A stretch of 64,000 bases of DNA from a virus (lineage: Duplodnaviria > Heunggongvirae > Uroviricota > Caudoviricetes), in the IMG/VR virus record IMGVR_UViG_3300025093_000001, one strand, 5' to 3'. Below are positions 1 through 10,071 of this stretch, in pieces (the first letter of the stretch is position 1; each line of letters begins with the position of its first letter). The translations under genes and the position numbers were made by a program. The notes under the pieces were generated by a model that saw nothing but the letters and a program-made list of their open reading frames with translations, was not told where the DNA came from and searched no databases.

Positions 1-3000
1 CAAAAGTACGTCAAACTTATGATAGAGTATTTGTTAAAGATGGGGTCAGACGCTCTTCTAAAAAACAATTACATGCTACACAGTTGACTATCTATAAACA
101 TGCAGTAGAGCAAGTTACAGGTAAGCCTGTTAAGACTATTGGTATTATGGGTAGCCAGATTACTCAGCTTGGCGAAAACAATAGAATTAATGAGCTAAAA
201 ATGGAAACTCTCTATCTTCATGAAGAGGATAAAACCCTTATGGATATGATGAAAAAACATTCCACTAAGGAAGAGGTTGCATCTAATCTAATGGAGTTTG
301 GTAACACAGAGTTCTTACAAGAAGTAATTGAAGTACTTGAGAAAGAGATTGATGTACTGAAGAAACAAAAGAAGTATGACTCAGTAGGTAAAATTAACAA
401 ACTGATTGAGTATATTCAAACTGGTAATGACTTCAGTCAAATAGCTGAGTTCATTGAGTATATGCATCAAGAGTTTGTAACTGATAAGAACAGTTTAGCT
501 AAAAGATTCCAAGCTTTTGTTGATAGAATTGATACTGATAAGGACATCTCAACTGCTGATATCCTACAACAACTTGACTTATTTAAGTCTGAACAAGACC
601 TATTCAGAGGTATTGTAGAGGAACTACAGAACCTATATGAAAACTCTAAAGATATTCCAAGAGAGGATAATTCCGTATTGGATATGTTAGATAAGATTAT
701 CTCTGAGTTCAATAGAGTTGAGCGTATCTCTAAGAATAGGGTTAATCCTATATTGGCTGAACTCCTTTCAGAACAATTACCTAATCAGGATAAGAAGAGT
801 AATCTTGCTGAAGAGATTGCAATCATCAAAAAGAAACTGACTAATGAGAAATTGTCAGATAGACGTAGAAGGGGATTAGAAAATAGACTAGCTCGTATTG
901 AGGATAAGTACTATGAATCTAAAGAGTCTATTCTTAGAATGCTAAACACTGGTGACTACAAAGACATTTCTATTATGTCTGCTCATCTTAATCCTGCTGT
1001 TAGTGTTAATAACAGTATCATTGCTACGTTTGCTCTGCATATGAAAGAAGCTTTTGATAAGGTTAGAGAGCATCTGTTCGGTGTAGAAAAGATTGCAGCT
1101 AAGGCTTTTGATGAATATGCAAAGAAAGCTGGTGTATCTAGAGATAATGTTAAAGAGTTTAACAAACCATTCTATGAAGTAATTCAGGAGGGAGATAAAC
1201 AATATTACTCATTTGTACAAAAGCTTGATTATAATGCTTACAGTAAGGCAATGAAAGACTTGGCTGTAGAGGCAGAAATAGAAGCTAAAATATTAAAAAC
1301 TACTAACCCTATATATGCAGAAGCAAATGAGATTACTTTAAAATATCAACTACTACAAAAGATGGCAGTAGAAAAAGGATACAGAGTCTCAAGAGAGGCT
1401 GAGGATATCACAATTGATAATCCATATAAGCCTGGTGAAAAAGCTGTACTTATTGAAGGATATCATGCAAAGATTCGTGAAGCAAAAGCATCCACTACTT
1501 CTTATGAAGAGTGGTTCGACAAAAACTTTGTGGTTACTCCTGAAGGAACAAAAGCAGTTGGTAAAGAAGTTACTATGCCTAACTGGGATATGTTCCGTAA
1601 TGAGAAATGGAATGCAGTAATGGATGGTGGAGCTAAAGAGAAATACTATAAGTTCCTATTATCCACTTACTTATCAGGTCAACAAATGATTCAAGATACT
1701 CCAATGATGTATCGCCTACCTGGTATTGAGAAAATTGCCAATGACAGGGTTAGAGAAGGTGATACTAAAGGTTGGTTAAGAAGGACTTGGGAAGGTGCTA
1801 CTAGATTCTTACCTAATGAGCAAGAAGAATACGGTGAGGATAGGAAGATTATTCCTCATCTATATAAGCTTGACTTAGGTATGGAGAATACATCTCTTGA
1901 CCTTATGGGTTCTGTCCTTACTTATTATGCTGCAGCTAATAAACATGCAGCACAGGTACAATTAGAACCTGTAGCTAAAGCTCTATCTAAAACAGTTAGT
2001 GAAAAAGGGCCACTACATTCTGCTGAAGATAAATTAAAAGATACCAAGATTGGTAATAAATTCTTAGGAGAGTACTTCCGTAAGCATAAAGGTAATAATA
2101 CTGCTGCTATGTTGGAAGCTCTTATAGATATGCACATCTACGGTAAGACTCGATTGAAGTCTAATGCTGGTGGTGTCAACTGGAATAAAATAACAGATGC
2201 TCTAATGGGATTTGCATCATTCACACAAATTGGTGGTAATCCTGTTCTTGCTGTGGCGAACTCAATGGCTGCACATATATCTACAGCTATTGATGCTTGG
2301 TCAGGAGAGCATTTTTCAACAAAGACATGGTTCTGGGCTAAGGCTGAATACAGAAAGAATGAGCCTGGCTTTATGTCTGATATGTTGGGTACAGCCAAGA
2401 AGTCTAAGATTGGACAGTTAGCTGAATTATACGATGCTTTACAAGGAGAGTTTATAGATGAATACGGTCGTAAGATGTCTCAAGGTAAAGTAAAGAAAAT
2501 GTGGGGAAGTAAAGGTTGGTTCTCCTTTATGCATAAGGGTGAACACGCTGCCCAAGTTAAAGTGATGATGTCCATCTTAAAAGACACTAAAGTAAAAACA
2601 GCAGGTGGTAAAACCATTTCTCTGTATGATGCTTATAGTGTAGATAAGGATGGTAATTTGGCCGTACAACCTGGTGTAGAATTCCTCAACCACGAAGCTG
2701 AACGAAAAATTCATGCACTGAATAAGAGATTCAATGGTGTATACAATTCATTTGATAGACCATTGATTGAACGTCATAATGCAGGTAGACTACTTATGAT
2801 GTATCGTAAGTTTATTGCTCCCAACGTAAGAAGAAGATTCCAGGGTTGGGGCTATGATTATGAGTTAGGTGCAGAATATGAAGGTTATTACAGAACATTC
2901 TTTGGTAAATTGATTTCAGAAAGAGATGAATTATGGAATCTTCTAACTAATCAGTCACACAATCTTACTAAACAGGAAGTTGCAAATGTTAAAAGAACTG

Positions 3001-3479
3001 CAGCTGAGATAACTTATATGTTACTACTGTCAAGTATAGCTGCATTATTAGCAGCAGGATTAAAGGATGCTGACGATGATGATGAGAGGGGTATTGGAAT
3101 GACTTTAGGTATGAAGTATGCACTGTATTGGTCTATGAGAGCACAATCAGAACTTTCCTTCTACAACTTTGGATTAGGTAGTATCAATACTTGGGGATTC
3201 CCACTAAATCCAGGTGGTACATTGAAGAGTTTCCGTACTCCTTCACCTATCTGGTCAGTTGGGGAAAAATTATTCCGTACAACAGGGCTTATTGGACCAA
3301 CTCTATTTGGTCAAAATACAGCCTACTATCAAAGAAATGAGAACTATAAAACCATCTTTGGAAACCTTGCAGAAAAGGGTGACCCTAAAATCAATGTAGC
3401 ATTTATGAAACTACTTGGTCTTAATGGTTACATGTTGAATCCTGAGAATGGTATTAAGATTTTAGAAATCTACGACTAG
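1..3479 (+). CDS. Large (>1130 aa) mostly helical virion-associated protein, 5'-partial. The frame stays open back to the window edge, and the listed start at 84 is a TTG. Possible internal/ejection or tail protein
   Basis: Long ORF with no in-frame stop between position 3 and 84. Coiled-coil-like composition and one hydrophobic segment (ITYMLLLSSIAALLAAGL). Followed by a strong hairpin terminator. Confidence 0.5.
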   Translation, partial: KVRQTYDRVFVKDGVRRSSKKQLHATQLTIYKHAVEQVTGKPVKTIGIMGSQITQLGENNRINELKMETLYLHEEDKTLMDMMKKHSTKEEVASNLMEFGNTEFLQEVIEVLEKEIDVLKKQKKYDSVGKINKLIEYIQTGNDFSQIAEFIEYMHQEFVTDKNSLAKRFQAFVDRIDTDKDISTADILQQLDLFKSEQDLFRGIVEELQNLYENSKDIPREDNSVLDMLDKIISEFNRVERISKNRVNPILAELLSEQLPNQDKKSNLAEEIAIIKKKLTNEKLSDRRRRGLENRLARIEDKYYESKESILRMLNTGDYKDISIMSAHLNPAVSVNNSIIATFALHMKEAFDKVREHLFGVEKIAAKAFDEYAKKAGVSRDNVKEFNKPFYEVIQEGDKQYYSFVQKLDYNAYSKAMKDLAVEAEIEAKILKTTNPIYAEANEITLKYQLLQKMAVEKGYRVSREAEDITIDNPYKPGEKAVLIEGYHAKIREAKASTTSYEEWFDKNFVVTPEGTKAVGKEVTMPNWDMFRNEKWNAVMDGGAKEKYYKFLLSTYLSGQQMIQDTPMMYRLPGIEKIANDRVREGDTKGWLRRTWEGATRFLPNEQEEYGEDRKIIPHLYKLDLGMENTSLDLMGSVLTYYAAANKHAAQVQLEPVAKALSKTVSEKGPLHSAEDKLKDTKIGNKFLGEYFRKHKGNNTAAMLEALIDMHIYGKTRLKSNAGGVNWNKITDALMGFASFTQIGGNPVLAVANSMAAHISTAIDAWSGEHFSTKTWFWAKAEYRKNEPGFMSDMLGTAKKSKIGQLAELYDALQGEFIDEYGRKMSQGKVKKMWGSKGWFSFMHKGEHAAQVKVMMSILKDTKVKTAGGKTISLYDAYSVDKDGNLAVQPGVEFLNHEAERKIHALNKRFNGVYNSFDRPLIERHNAGRLLMMYRKFIAPNVRRRFQGWGYDYELGAEYEGYYRTFFGKLISERDELWNLLTNQSHNLTKQEVANVKRTAAEITYMLLLSSIAALLAAGLKDADDDDERGIGMTLGMKYALYWSMRAQSELSFYNFGLGSINTWGFPLNPGGTLKSFRTPSPIWSVGEKLFRTTGLIGPTLFGQNTAYYQRNENYKTIFGNLAEKGDPKINVAFMKLLGLNGYMLNPENGIKILEIYD

Positions 3480-3509
3480 AGTTCTATTACACTTCTGCAC
3501 AAAAAGAAA

Positions 3510-3540
3510 GGGGAGCCACTACAGCTCCCCTTCGTTGTTT
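3510..3540. terminator. Bidirectional rho-independent terminator (GGGGAGC/GCTCCCC stem) between convergent genes
   Basis: Perfect 7-bp GC-rich stem flanked by A-run upstream and T-rich run downstream, lying between the convergent genes ending at 3479 (+) and 3558 (-). Confidence 0.5.
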
Positions 3541-3557
3541 AATCAAAAATACTACAA

Positions 3558-3770
3558 TCAATAGTCAAAATCTTCGCCATCTTCTGTGAGGTCATCATAA
3601 GCCATATCTAAATAGGCTTGTTCATTTTGATGCATCTCATCTAGGCATATTTCACACTCTTCATTTTCATTAAGAAAACAAAGGTGTACAGCACATTGTT
3701 TATGACTGTGCTTTCGCTTCTTCTCTGTTGTCGCCATCTCCGTGTAGTGTATTGGTTTCTCTTCGTGCAA
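3558..3770 (-). CDS. Small acidic Cys/His-rich protein (possible zinc-binding)
   Basis: ORF with CxxHxC...CExC pattern; overlaps the start of the upstream gene. Confidence 0.3.
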   Translation of the reverse strand: MHEEKPIHYTEMATTEKKRKHSHKQCAVHLCFLNENEECEICLDEMHQNEQAYLDMAYDDLTEDGEDFDY

Positions 3771-4266
3771 TTAACTTGTCATAGTTTGTCTGTAGTACAG
3801 CACTTACTGTAGAGTTTAAACTAATAATAAGCACAGCCATCATATAACAAATTCTACTTAAGATTTCAGTAATGTCTCCAACTTCTAAGACTTTACCGTC
3901 ACGATAAAACTTCTTAAAACTTTCTGCAAGATATGGTAGAGTGTGGAACTCATTCTCCAAATCATACATAGCTTCTTCTGGTTCAATTCCTTTAGCTGTT
4001 GTTGAAATAACATTAGCTACATTGATACCTAATTCACCACACATGGCAGTTATATACCAATATACATCTCCCAATTCCTTGAGAACATCCTCTTTACTAA
4101 CGGATGTTGGATATACATAGGTCAAGAAGTAATCATGTAACTTATCCATCGCCTCTTGACTTTCACCAAGAAGTCCTAAATAAGTATAGGCTACTCCAAA
4201 CTTATCTACACTAGACGGGTATACTGCCGTCTTACTGATAATATTCTGATAAATTTCTACGTTCAT
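3700..4266 (-). CDS. mazG: MazG-like nucleoside triphosphate pyrophosphohydrolase
   Basis: EExGDxxW-type motif (ELGDVYWYI) and C-terminal NYDKLIARRETNTLHGDGDNRE, typical of the all-alpha MazG family. Confidence 0.6.
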   Translation of the reverse strand: MNVEIYQNIISKTAVYPSSVDKFGVAYTYLGLLGESQEAMDKLHDYFLTYVYPTSVSKEDVLKELGDVYWYITAMCGELGINVANVISTTAKGIEPEEAMYDLENEFHTLPYLAESFKKFYRDGKVLEVGDITEILSRICYMMAVLIISLNSTVSAVLQTNYDKLIARRETNTLHGDGDNREEAKAQS

Positions 4267-4268
4267 TT

Positions 4269-4472
4269 TTATTTCCTTAAAATCTCTCTCACTTTGAGTC
4301 CAAATTCATAGTCATTTGGAAACTCACTTGTCAATCTTTTCAACTCCTCTATTTTACTTTTAAGGTTTGAATATTCCCTAAGCACATCTTCTTGACGTGC
4401 GGTCATACGGGTAAAGGAAACATCCCCCATTTGAGGATGTTCCACCCATACCTTATCCTCTTGTTTAGTCAT
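4269..4472 (-). CDS. Hypothetical small protein
   Basis: ORF, tightly packed with neighbours. Confidence 0.4.
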   Translation of the reverse strand: MTKQEDKVWVEHPQMGDVSFTRMTARQEDVLREYSNLKSKIEELKRLTSEFPNDYEFGLKVREILRK

Positions 4473-4523
4473 TTTGTCTGATGAGTAAAAACAGTAGGAT
4501 TAATATTAATAACCAGCTCATAT

Positions 4524-7058
4524 TTAACATTTACTTGTTCCACAATCTGCACATTTTTGACAACCCTCTTCATATATAATGTGGGTAGAACCGCAGTTAT
4601 CACAAGTGACACCTGTTGCTTCTTCACCCTCTTTGATATACTTCTTAAGGTTTCGTGCAATTACTTTACTGAATGCCTGTAAATCTCCCTCAGCTTTATT
4701 CAACTGCTCAACTACGAATTTAATATCAGCACCATGCCTTAAGGCTGTACTAATCATTCGTGATAAAGCAGCTTCTTCATTGGACATACTGTCTCCAATA
4801 CGCTCAATATCAATGACTTCTGGGATTTTTACAGTATAGTTACTGCGAGATTGTTTAATAATATCTCCTGCTAGAACACCTCTTGGTAGATTGTATTCAT
4901 TATCAACACAGAAGACTTCGTAAGGTTTACCATCTAATAAACCTACTATAATGAGAAACTCTTCTCCATCTTTTACACTTTGATGAACTTCACATGGTAG
5001 TACTTTTGGTCTCTTGGGTGCATCTCTTGTTACGAACTTATCATTATCATCTTCTTTCTCAGTAATTAAGACACCAGAACGTGAACCATCTCTATAGATT
5101 GTAACTCCCTTTAAGCCACATTCATAGGCATACAGATAGATTTCTGCAACCTCTTGTTCTGTAACTGTTTTGGGTAAGTTAATGGTTGATGAGATACTGT
5201 GTGAAGTATACTTTTGAATAATAGACTGAATCCTCACTCTATTCATCCAATCAATATCCTCTGCACAGGCTCCATACCAAGGGGATTTGGCGAACCATTC
5301 GTCCATCTCCTGCTCAGTTAAAAGCTCTACATCTTCCACTCCCTTTATTTCCAGCCAATCTTTGAATGCTCCCATAACAATAGGGTATTCCATCCAATTG
5401 TCTCCATTCTGGTCTACAAAATCTACTCTTACACCATCTTCTCCAGGATTTACCTTCTTCCTACGGATATAGTAGTTCTTGAAGATAGGCTCCATGCCAG
5501 AAGATAGATTGGCATATTTAATAGCCTTAGCTAAGATACTCACACTACCTGTTGGAGCTACAGTAGACCATGATACATTCCTACGTCCAAACTTACACAT
5601 CTTGGAAACTTGACGAGGAAACTCTTTGTTAAGGAATTGGAAGAAGCTGTTAACTCCCTCTCTACCCTCACTTACATGGTAATTGTAATACTCCTTTTCA
5701 GGATGGAATAAAGCAAATGGTCCACGTTGAATTGCCATATCTACAGTAGCATCAAGCTCTGCAGTCATCTTAATCTTCATTACCTTAGCAATGAATCCCA
5801 TGGCTTCTTCTGAATCATACTTTAATCCTAGTGCAGCTAGCATATCACCTAAAGCTGTAAATCCACAACCAGTTCTTCTAGAAGAAGATGCAGTATCAAG
5901 AACCTTGTTCCATAAATGGAGTTCTCTAACCTTAACTTCGTCTGGCTCTGGGTCTAGATGAATCTTATTGATAATCTCGTAGATATGTTCTATCTCTAAG
6001 TCAATAAGGTTATCTGCCAATCTTTGTTGCTCATATGCAACACTATAAAGAAGTTCTTCATCTAAAGATGCTAATTCTTTAAATGGGTCTTTTACTACAC
6101 TAAACAAGTTAAGTGCCATTAGCCTACAGGCATCATATGGACCCATAAAGATTTCACCACAAGGATTAGTAGTTACTCCTTTATACTTATCATAGACAGA
6201 ATCAGGAGAGCAATCCCAATGTCTATCAATGAACATTTGACCTGGTTCAGCATTATCCCATGCATTGTGTACAATCTGGTCATAGATTTCTTTTGCTTTG
6301 ACAGTGGTAACAACCTCTCCATCAAAGATTAAATCAAAATCACCATCATCTTTCACAGCTTCCATGAACTCATCAGTCAACAGTACTGAAATATTAGCAC
6401 CTGTGACTTTAGTTCTATCTTGCTTTGCATTGATAAATTTAACCACGTCAGGATGATTACACATAATGGTAAGCATCAAAGCACCTCTTCTCCCCTTTTG
6501 GGCTACCTCTCTGGTGCTATTAGAGTATCTATCCATAAAGGAAGGAGCTCCTGTTGAGGAACCAGCTGCATTAGTAACTGAAGCATCCTCATAGCGTAGG
6601 GAACTAAGGTCTAGTCCTACACCAGCTCTTCTCTTCATGAGTTGTACCAACTCCTCATCCTTTTGGAGAATCCCTCCATAACTATCATGAGGTTGTCCTA
6701 CTACAAAACAATTAGATAGTGAACCAATTTTGTCACTACCTAAGATTGACATAATAGAACCTTGTGGTATAATATATTTAAAGTCCTTGAATAATTTGTA
6801 GATTGCCTCTTCTACCTCAGTTTGGCTGAAATCACGACTGTCTACAAACCTTTGTTTCCCATAATCAGACAATTCGTCAATTAATGCTGGGTCAAGGTCA
6901 TTCTCTTGTTGCAAGTATTCGTGCTCTATCCTAGCAAAAGGACGAGCTAATCTCCGATGCATATCATCTGGAGTTTCTTCTGAAGGTAATGCATATTTTC
7001 CGCGCCATACACTTGCTGCCATGGCATCCCCTCTAAAATATTCTTCTTCTCTATGCAT
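4524..7058 (-). CDS. nrdJ: Class II (adenosylcobalamin-dependent) ribonucleotide reductase
   Basis: 844 aa; NPCGEI active-site motif and C-terminal CxxC...CxxC zinc ribbon typical of monomeric class II RNR. Confidence 0.8.
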   Translation of the reverse strand: MHREEEYFRGDAMAASVWRGKYALPSEETPDDMHRRLARPFARIEHEYLQQENDLDPALIDELSDYGKQRFVDSRDFSQTEVEEAIYKLFKDFKYIIPQGSIMSILGSDKIGSLSNCFVVGQPHDSYGGILQKDEELVQLMKRRAGVGLDLSSLRYEDASVTNAAGSSTGAPSFMDRYSNSTREVAQKGRRGALMLTIMCNHPDVVKFINAKQDRTKVTGANISVLLTDEFMEAVKDDGDFDLIFDGEVVTTVKAKEIYDQIVHNAWDNAEPGQMFIDRHWDCSPDSVYDKYKGVTTNPCGEIFMGPYDACRLMALNLFSVVKDPFKELASLDEELLYSVAYEQQRLADNLIDLEIEHIYEIINKIHLDPEPDEVKVRELHLWNKVLDTASSSRRTGCGFTALGDMLAALGLKYDSEEAMGFIAKVMKIKMTAELDATVDMAIQRGPFALFHPEKEYYNYHVSEGREGVNSFFQFLNKEFPRQVSKMCKFGRRNVSWSTVAPTGSVSILAKAIKYANLSSGMEPIFKNYYIRRKKVNPGEDGVRVDFVDQNGDNWMEYPIVMGAFKDWLEIKGVEDVELLTEQEMDEWFAKSPWYGACAEDIDWMNRVRIQSIIQKYTSHSISSTINLPKTVTEQEVAEIYLYAYECGLKGVTIYRDGSRSGVLITEKEDDNDKFVTRDAPKRPKVLPCEVHQSVKDGEEFLIIVGLLDGKPYEVFCVDNEYNLPRGVLAGDIIKQSRSNYTVKIPEVIDIERIGDSMSNEEAALSRMISTALRHGADIKFVVEQLNKAEGDLQAFSKVIARNLKKYIKEGEEATGVTCDNCGSTHIIYEEGCQKCADCGTSKC

Positions 7059-7066
7059 TTATTTTT

Positions 7067-7363
7067 CTATTTCTCTTTATTTAAATGTTTATCTGCTGAT
7101 GCTCCTAACTTTTTCTCTATCCACATAGAGATATCCATACCAACAACACTTCCTACTACTGTACCTATTACATAAGGTATTAATAAAATAGGAGTCATAT
7201 CAGCAAGTACTAACTCTCTAAATGTTAAAAACCAGAGAGTATTAGAGCCTATAGCAGCAAATATGTGAAAGGTTTTGTTATCTCGGTTTCTACTACGAGA
7301 AACCAAAGTAAAGCTTATATTTTGAATAAAAGCTAAACAAAGAATTGTTATGATTCTAATCAT
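7067..7363 (-). CDS. Small membrane protein
   Basis: Two or three hydrophobic helices; ATGA start/stop overlap with the next small ORF. Confidence 0.4.
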   Translation of the reverse strand: MIRIITILCLAFIQNISFTLVSRSRNRDNKTFHIFAAIGSNTLWFLTFRELVLADMTPILLIPYVIGTVVGSVVGMDISMWIEKKLGASADKHLNKEK

Positions 7364-7521
7364 CAGGTAATATTTTTTTCTTCATTTTCAGTTAACCATT
7401 GTTCATATTTTTCAAGGTCTTCATAGTAGTCCTTCATACTATCATAATGAGCAGCGTTAGGTCTTTTACGAGCTTTTTCCTGATTCCACTCATCGTTAAA
7501 GTAAACTCTTTTATCCGCCAT
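7363..7521 (-). CDS. Small ORF (52 aa) missed by the ORF track
   Basis: ATG..TGA ORF (MADKRVYFNDEW...) filling an otherwise empty gap, with 1-nt stop/start overlaps on both sides. Confidence 0.3.
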   Translation of the reverse strand: MADKRVYFNDEWNQEKARKRPNAAHYDSMKDYYEDLEKYEQWLTENEEKNIT

Positions 7522-7879
7522 TACCTGCTGCAGGTTTAGAAGTACTTACTTTTGCCTCATGTTCCTTAATAGTTTGAACAATACAGGCTTCTTGAAGAAT
7601 GAAATAATTGATAATGTCACCAATCTTTTCATCTATGTAACTGTAACTCGGAAGGTTACCTTTTTCTATATCATCCAACATATCTTCATATGACATAAGA
7701 TGTTTTAGAAGGTATCCATCCAGAATTCTTTCTCGTGTGCTTCCCCTTCTTTGGGCTGCAACATTGAAGTTATGCAGTCTGTCTCCATTACGGACATACT
7801 CTTTTGCCTTAACTCCAAGTACTTGTCTAGTCTTCTCTAATCTAGAGTTTAAGACCTTATCAAATTGTTCAGTGTTCAT
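7511..7879 (-). CDS. All-alpha protein, possibly DUF1599-like or a MazG/dimeric-dUTPase-like NTP-PPase fold
   Basis: KEYxxxGDRLHNF-type motif; weak family resemblance only. Confidence 0.4.
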   Translation of the reverse strand: MNTEQFDKVLNSRLEKTRQVLGVKAKEYVRNGDRLHNFNVAAQRRGSTRERILDGYLLKHLMSYEDMLDDIEKGNLPSYSYIDEKIGDIINYFILQEACIVQTIKEHEAKVSTSKPAAGNGG

Positions 7880-8052
7880 TAGATAATGTAACCCTTTTCT
7901 TTCAATGCGATGTAGTCTTTACATTCACTGATTGAACCAGTAAATAGTGTAGTGATAGTTTCTGTCTCTGTTTCTACATTAGTAGAGATTTCTGACACAT
8001 GGAATCTGTCACCTAACAATGTTTGTTTAATTTGGATTTTTGTGTTCTCCAT
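7879..8052 (-). CDS. Small ORF (57 aa, MENTKIQIKQ...)
   Basis: Below the track cutoff; ATGA overlap with the downstream gene start at 7879. Confidence 0.3.
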   Translation of the reverse strand: MENTKIQIKQTLLGDRFHVSEISTNVETETETITTLFTGSISECKDYIALKEKGYII

Positions 8053-8201
8053 TAGTATTGATTTTGTCTTACTTTTTCATTTACAAGATTCTTAATCTTA
8101 GAATCTATATTACTCTCTTCAATCAAATCGAGTTGATGAGAGATAGGCCATTGTGCAAACCACATTCTATTAATGCGTTGCTCTACAGATTCTCTCATCA
8201 T
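8052..8201 (-). CDS. Small ORF (49 aa, MMRESVEQRIN...)
   Basis: TAATG overlap with the next ORF. Confidence 0.3.
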   Translation of the reverse strand: MMRESVEQRINRMWFAQWPISHQLDLIEESNIDSKIKNLVNEKVRQNQY

Positions 8202-8341
8202 AATAACTCGATTTCTTCGATTGATACTGGAAACTTATTTGCTGGTTGTGTACCTATATAAGCTTCCCCCTCTGTACGGTCAAACAAAAAGTAGTAAGTA
8301 CCTTTGTACTTGACCTTTGGATAATTGTTATGTCTTGGCAT
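8198..8341 (-). CDS. Small ORF (47 aa, MPRHNNYPKVKYKG...)
   Basis: ATGATGA overlap with the next ORF. Confidence 0.3.
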   Translation of the reverse strand: MPRHNNYPKVKYKGTYYFLFDRTEGEAYIGTQPANKFPVSIEEIELL

Positions 8342-8483
8342 TTCTGTTCATACATTTAACATGTGCCATCTCAGTCTTCTCAATGGTAAAATGACTATCT
8401 GGAGTAAAAGATTCAACTATTGCCTCACCCTTATTGAACTCCTCATAACCTATAAATTTACCACAGTATTCACATCTCATCAT
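8328..8483 (-). CDS. Small ORF (51 aa) with CxxC..HxxC zinc-ribbon-like pattern
   Basis: MMRCEYCGKF...HVKCMNRNAKT; start abuts the stop of the upstream gene at 8480. Confidence 0.3.
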   Translation of the reverse strand: MMRCEYCGKFIGYEEFNKGEAIVESFTPDSHFTIEKTEMAHVKCMNRNAKT

Positions 8484-8785
8484 GATATATAATGATTTTC
8501 AATCTCATACTCTGCAAAATCACTAACATCATACTTATTATGTATAACAAAGAAGAAATTTCCATATTCCATAATTTTAAGATAGCTCCAGTCTGATTTA
8601 AAGTTCCCTTGCCAATTACTATCATACAACTGATATAAGATATCAACCTTATTCTTTTGAGCATACTTACTCAATCGTTTGATTTCTTTAATATCTTTTT
8701 TAGATAGTATGATTTCTACCTCTGTTGGGGCTTCAGAATATTCTGCACACCAAGTCATAGGTGCATTAATTATTTTATCTACCAT
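8480..8785 (-). CDS. Hypothetical protein (start probably the internal ATG at 8785)
   Basis: ORF 8480..8845 overlaps the upstream phosphatase by 70 nt; an internal Met removes most of the overlap. Confidence 0.35.
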   Translation of the reverse strand: MVDKIINAPMTWCAEYSEAPTEVEIILSKKDIKEIKRLSKYAQKNKVDILYQLYDSNWQGNFKSDWSYLKIMEYGNFFFVIHNKYDVSDFAEYEIENHYIS

Positions 8786-9542
8786 GTTCGTCTGGGTATA
8801 ACTCTTTAACGAGTTCACTTTGCCAATATTCTTTAGTATTAACATCCATGATGGTCAGCTTACCAGAAAAGCCAGCACCTGTATCTAGATTCCACACATT
8901 TGCTGCATGTATAGGGTCAGTTCTATTCCAGTTTATTGTACTAGTATGTCCTATAAAGATTTCCTTGTGTTTGGTAAATCTCTTTTCATGCTCCATAAGT
9001 GCGTGTAAATCAGCACCTTCTGCAAACTGAGCCAAAGACCATAAGTCTCTATCCCAGTAGTAATCTGATGTATATGCTTCATGACCAAGACCTTTTCTAG
9101 AACGAAATCCACCATGTACAAAACCTCTGTTTTGGTCGTCTATATAATAGTTGTGGAGCTTTCTGAAAAAAATTCTATGGTCATCATTGATGTATCCAGT
9201 TCTGATATACGAATCAATAGTAGCTTGACCACCTTGTTTAGTCCATATTAGAGGTTGTTTCCCCATATGAAGCCAGTCGTGACACCATTGGTCGTGATTA
9301 CCCTTAAGGAATATGTGGTCACCAGGAAGTTCAATTAAGAATTGAATTAACTCTGCTGACTCAGACCAACCGTCTACATAATCTCCGAGAAAGATTAGTT
9401 GATCTTCTTCTGGATTTACTCCAGCTCGCTCTAGACACTGATGGAGGGCACGAAGCCCCCCATGAATGTCTCCAATCACAAATCGCCTACTCATAATTTG
9501 ACGTATTTTCTGTTGTCCTTTCCACCATACCAAAGAATCCAA
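8775..9542 (-). CDS. Ser/Thr protein phosphatase (calcineurin-like metallophosphoesterase, lambda-PPase/ApaH-like)
   Basis: GDIHG, GDYVDGW and GNHD motifs in canonical order. Confidence 0.75.
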   Translation of the reverse strand: MDSLVWWKGQQKIRQIMSRRFVIGDIHGGLRALHQCLERAGVNPEEDQLIFLGDYVDGWSESAELIQFLIELPGDHIFLKGNHDQWCHDWLHMGKQPLIWTKQGGQATIDSYIRTGYINDDHRIFFRKLHNYYIDDQNRGFVHGGFRSRKGLGHEAYTSDYYWDRDLWSLAQFAEGADLHALMEHEKRFTKHKEIFIGHTSTINWNRTDPIHAANVWNLDTGAGFSGKLTIMDVNTKEYWQSELVKELYPDEHGR

Positions 9543-9615
9543 CCTTCTTCGGTCTTGTCAAATCTAGGAGATAGGAAAAATTCAATTGCTAATAGTGTTG
9601 TGAATAATAATAACA

Positions 9616-10071
9616 TTACCACTTTACAAATTTAGCTAATCTTAGTGAATAATCCAAACCGTAGTCATGATAATTCACCATAAAATCTATTTTGAAGTGA
9701 GGATGTCCATAATATCCGTATGCTAAGCCTATTGGTGTCTCATAATCTGAGCCAATGTAGCCTCTAAACCATAAGGGATACAGGGTTAAGGTCTGCCCGT
9801 ATGGAGATAGCTTCTTGTCAAGCTTGTATTGAATACCTGCCTGAAACCAAAATTGGTCTTGCAATGTTGTGGATGCACCATAGGAGACCCTATAGTTAAA
9901 TCCAAACAGATTGTTGTGGAAAAATCCTTGATTGTAAGTGTAATGCAGCATCTGTTCTCCTCCAGAGTTAAATACTACATCAACACTTGCGTCTTGGTAT
10001 TCATGGACCCTTACTTGGGCAGAACACATGATACCCACTGCCAACAGCAGCGAAAGAAATAGTGTTTTCAT
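9616..10071 (-). CDS. Secreted small outer-membrane beta-barrel-like protein
   Basis: Signal peptide MKTLFLSLLLAVGIMCSAQ; alternating aromatic/hydrophilic pattern; C-terminal aromatic residue (..AKFVKW), as in 8-strand OMPs. Confidence 0.5.
   Translation of the reverse strand: MKTLFLSLLLAVGIMCSAQVRVHEYQDASVDVVFNSGGEQMLHYTYNQGFFHNNLFGFNYRVSYGASTTLQDQFWFQAGIQYKLDKKLSPYGQTLTLYPLWFRGYIGSDYETPIGLAYGYYGHPHFKIDFMVNYHDYGLDYSLRLAKFVKW

Noticed and set aside
4469-4660. 63-aa minus ORF
   Set aside because: Overlaps the C-terminal zinc-ribbon region of the RNR in another frame.
8040-8261. 73-aa + ORF within the minus block
   Set aside because: The same interval is better explained by a chain of coupled minus-strand micro-ORFs.
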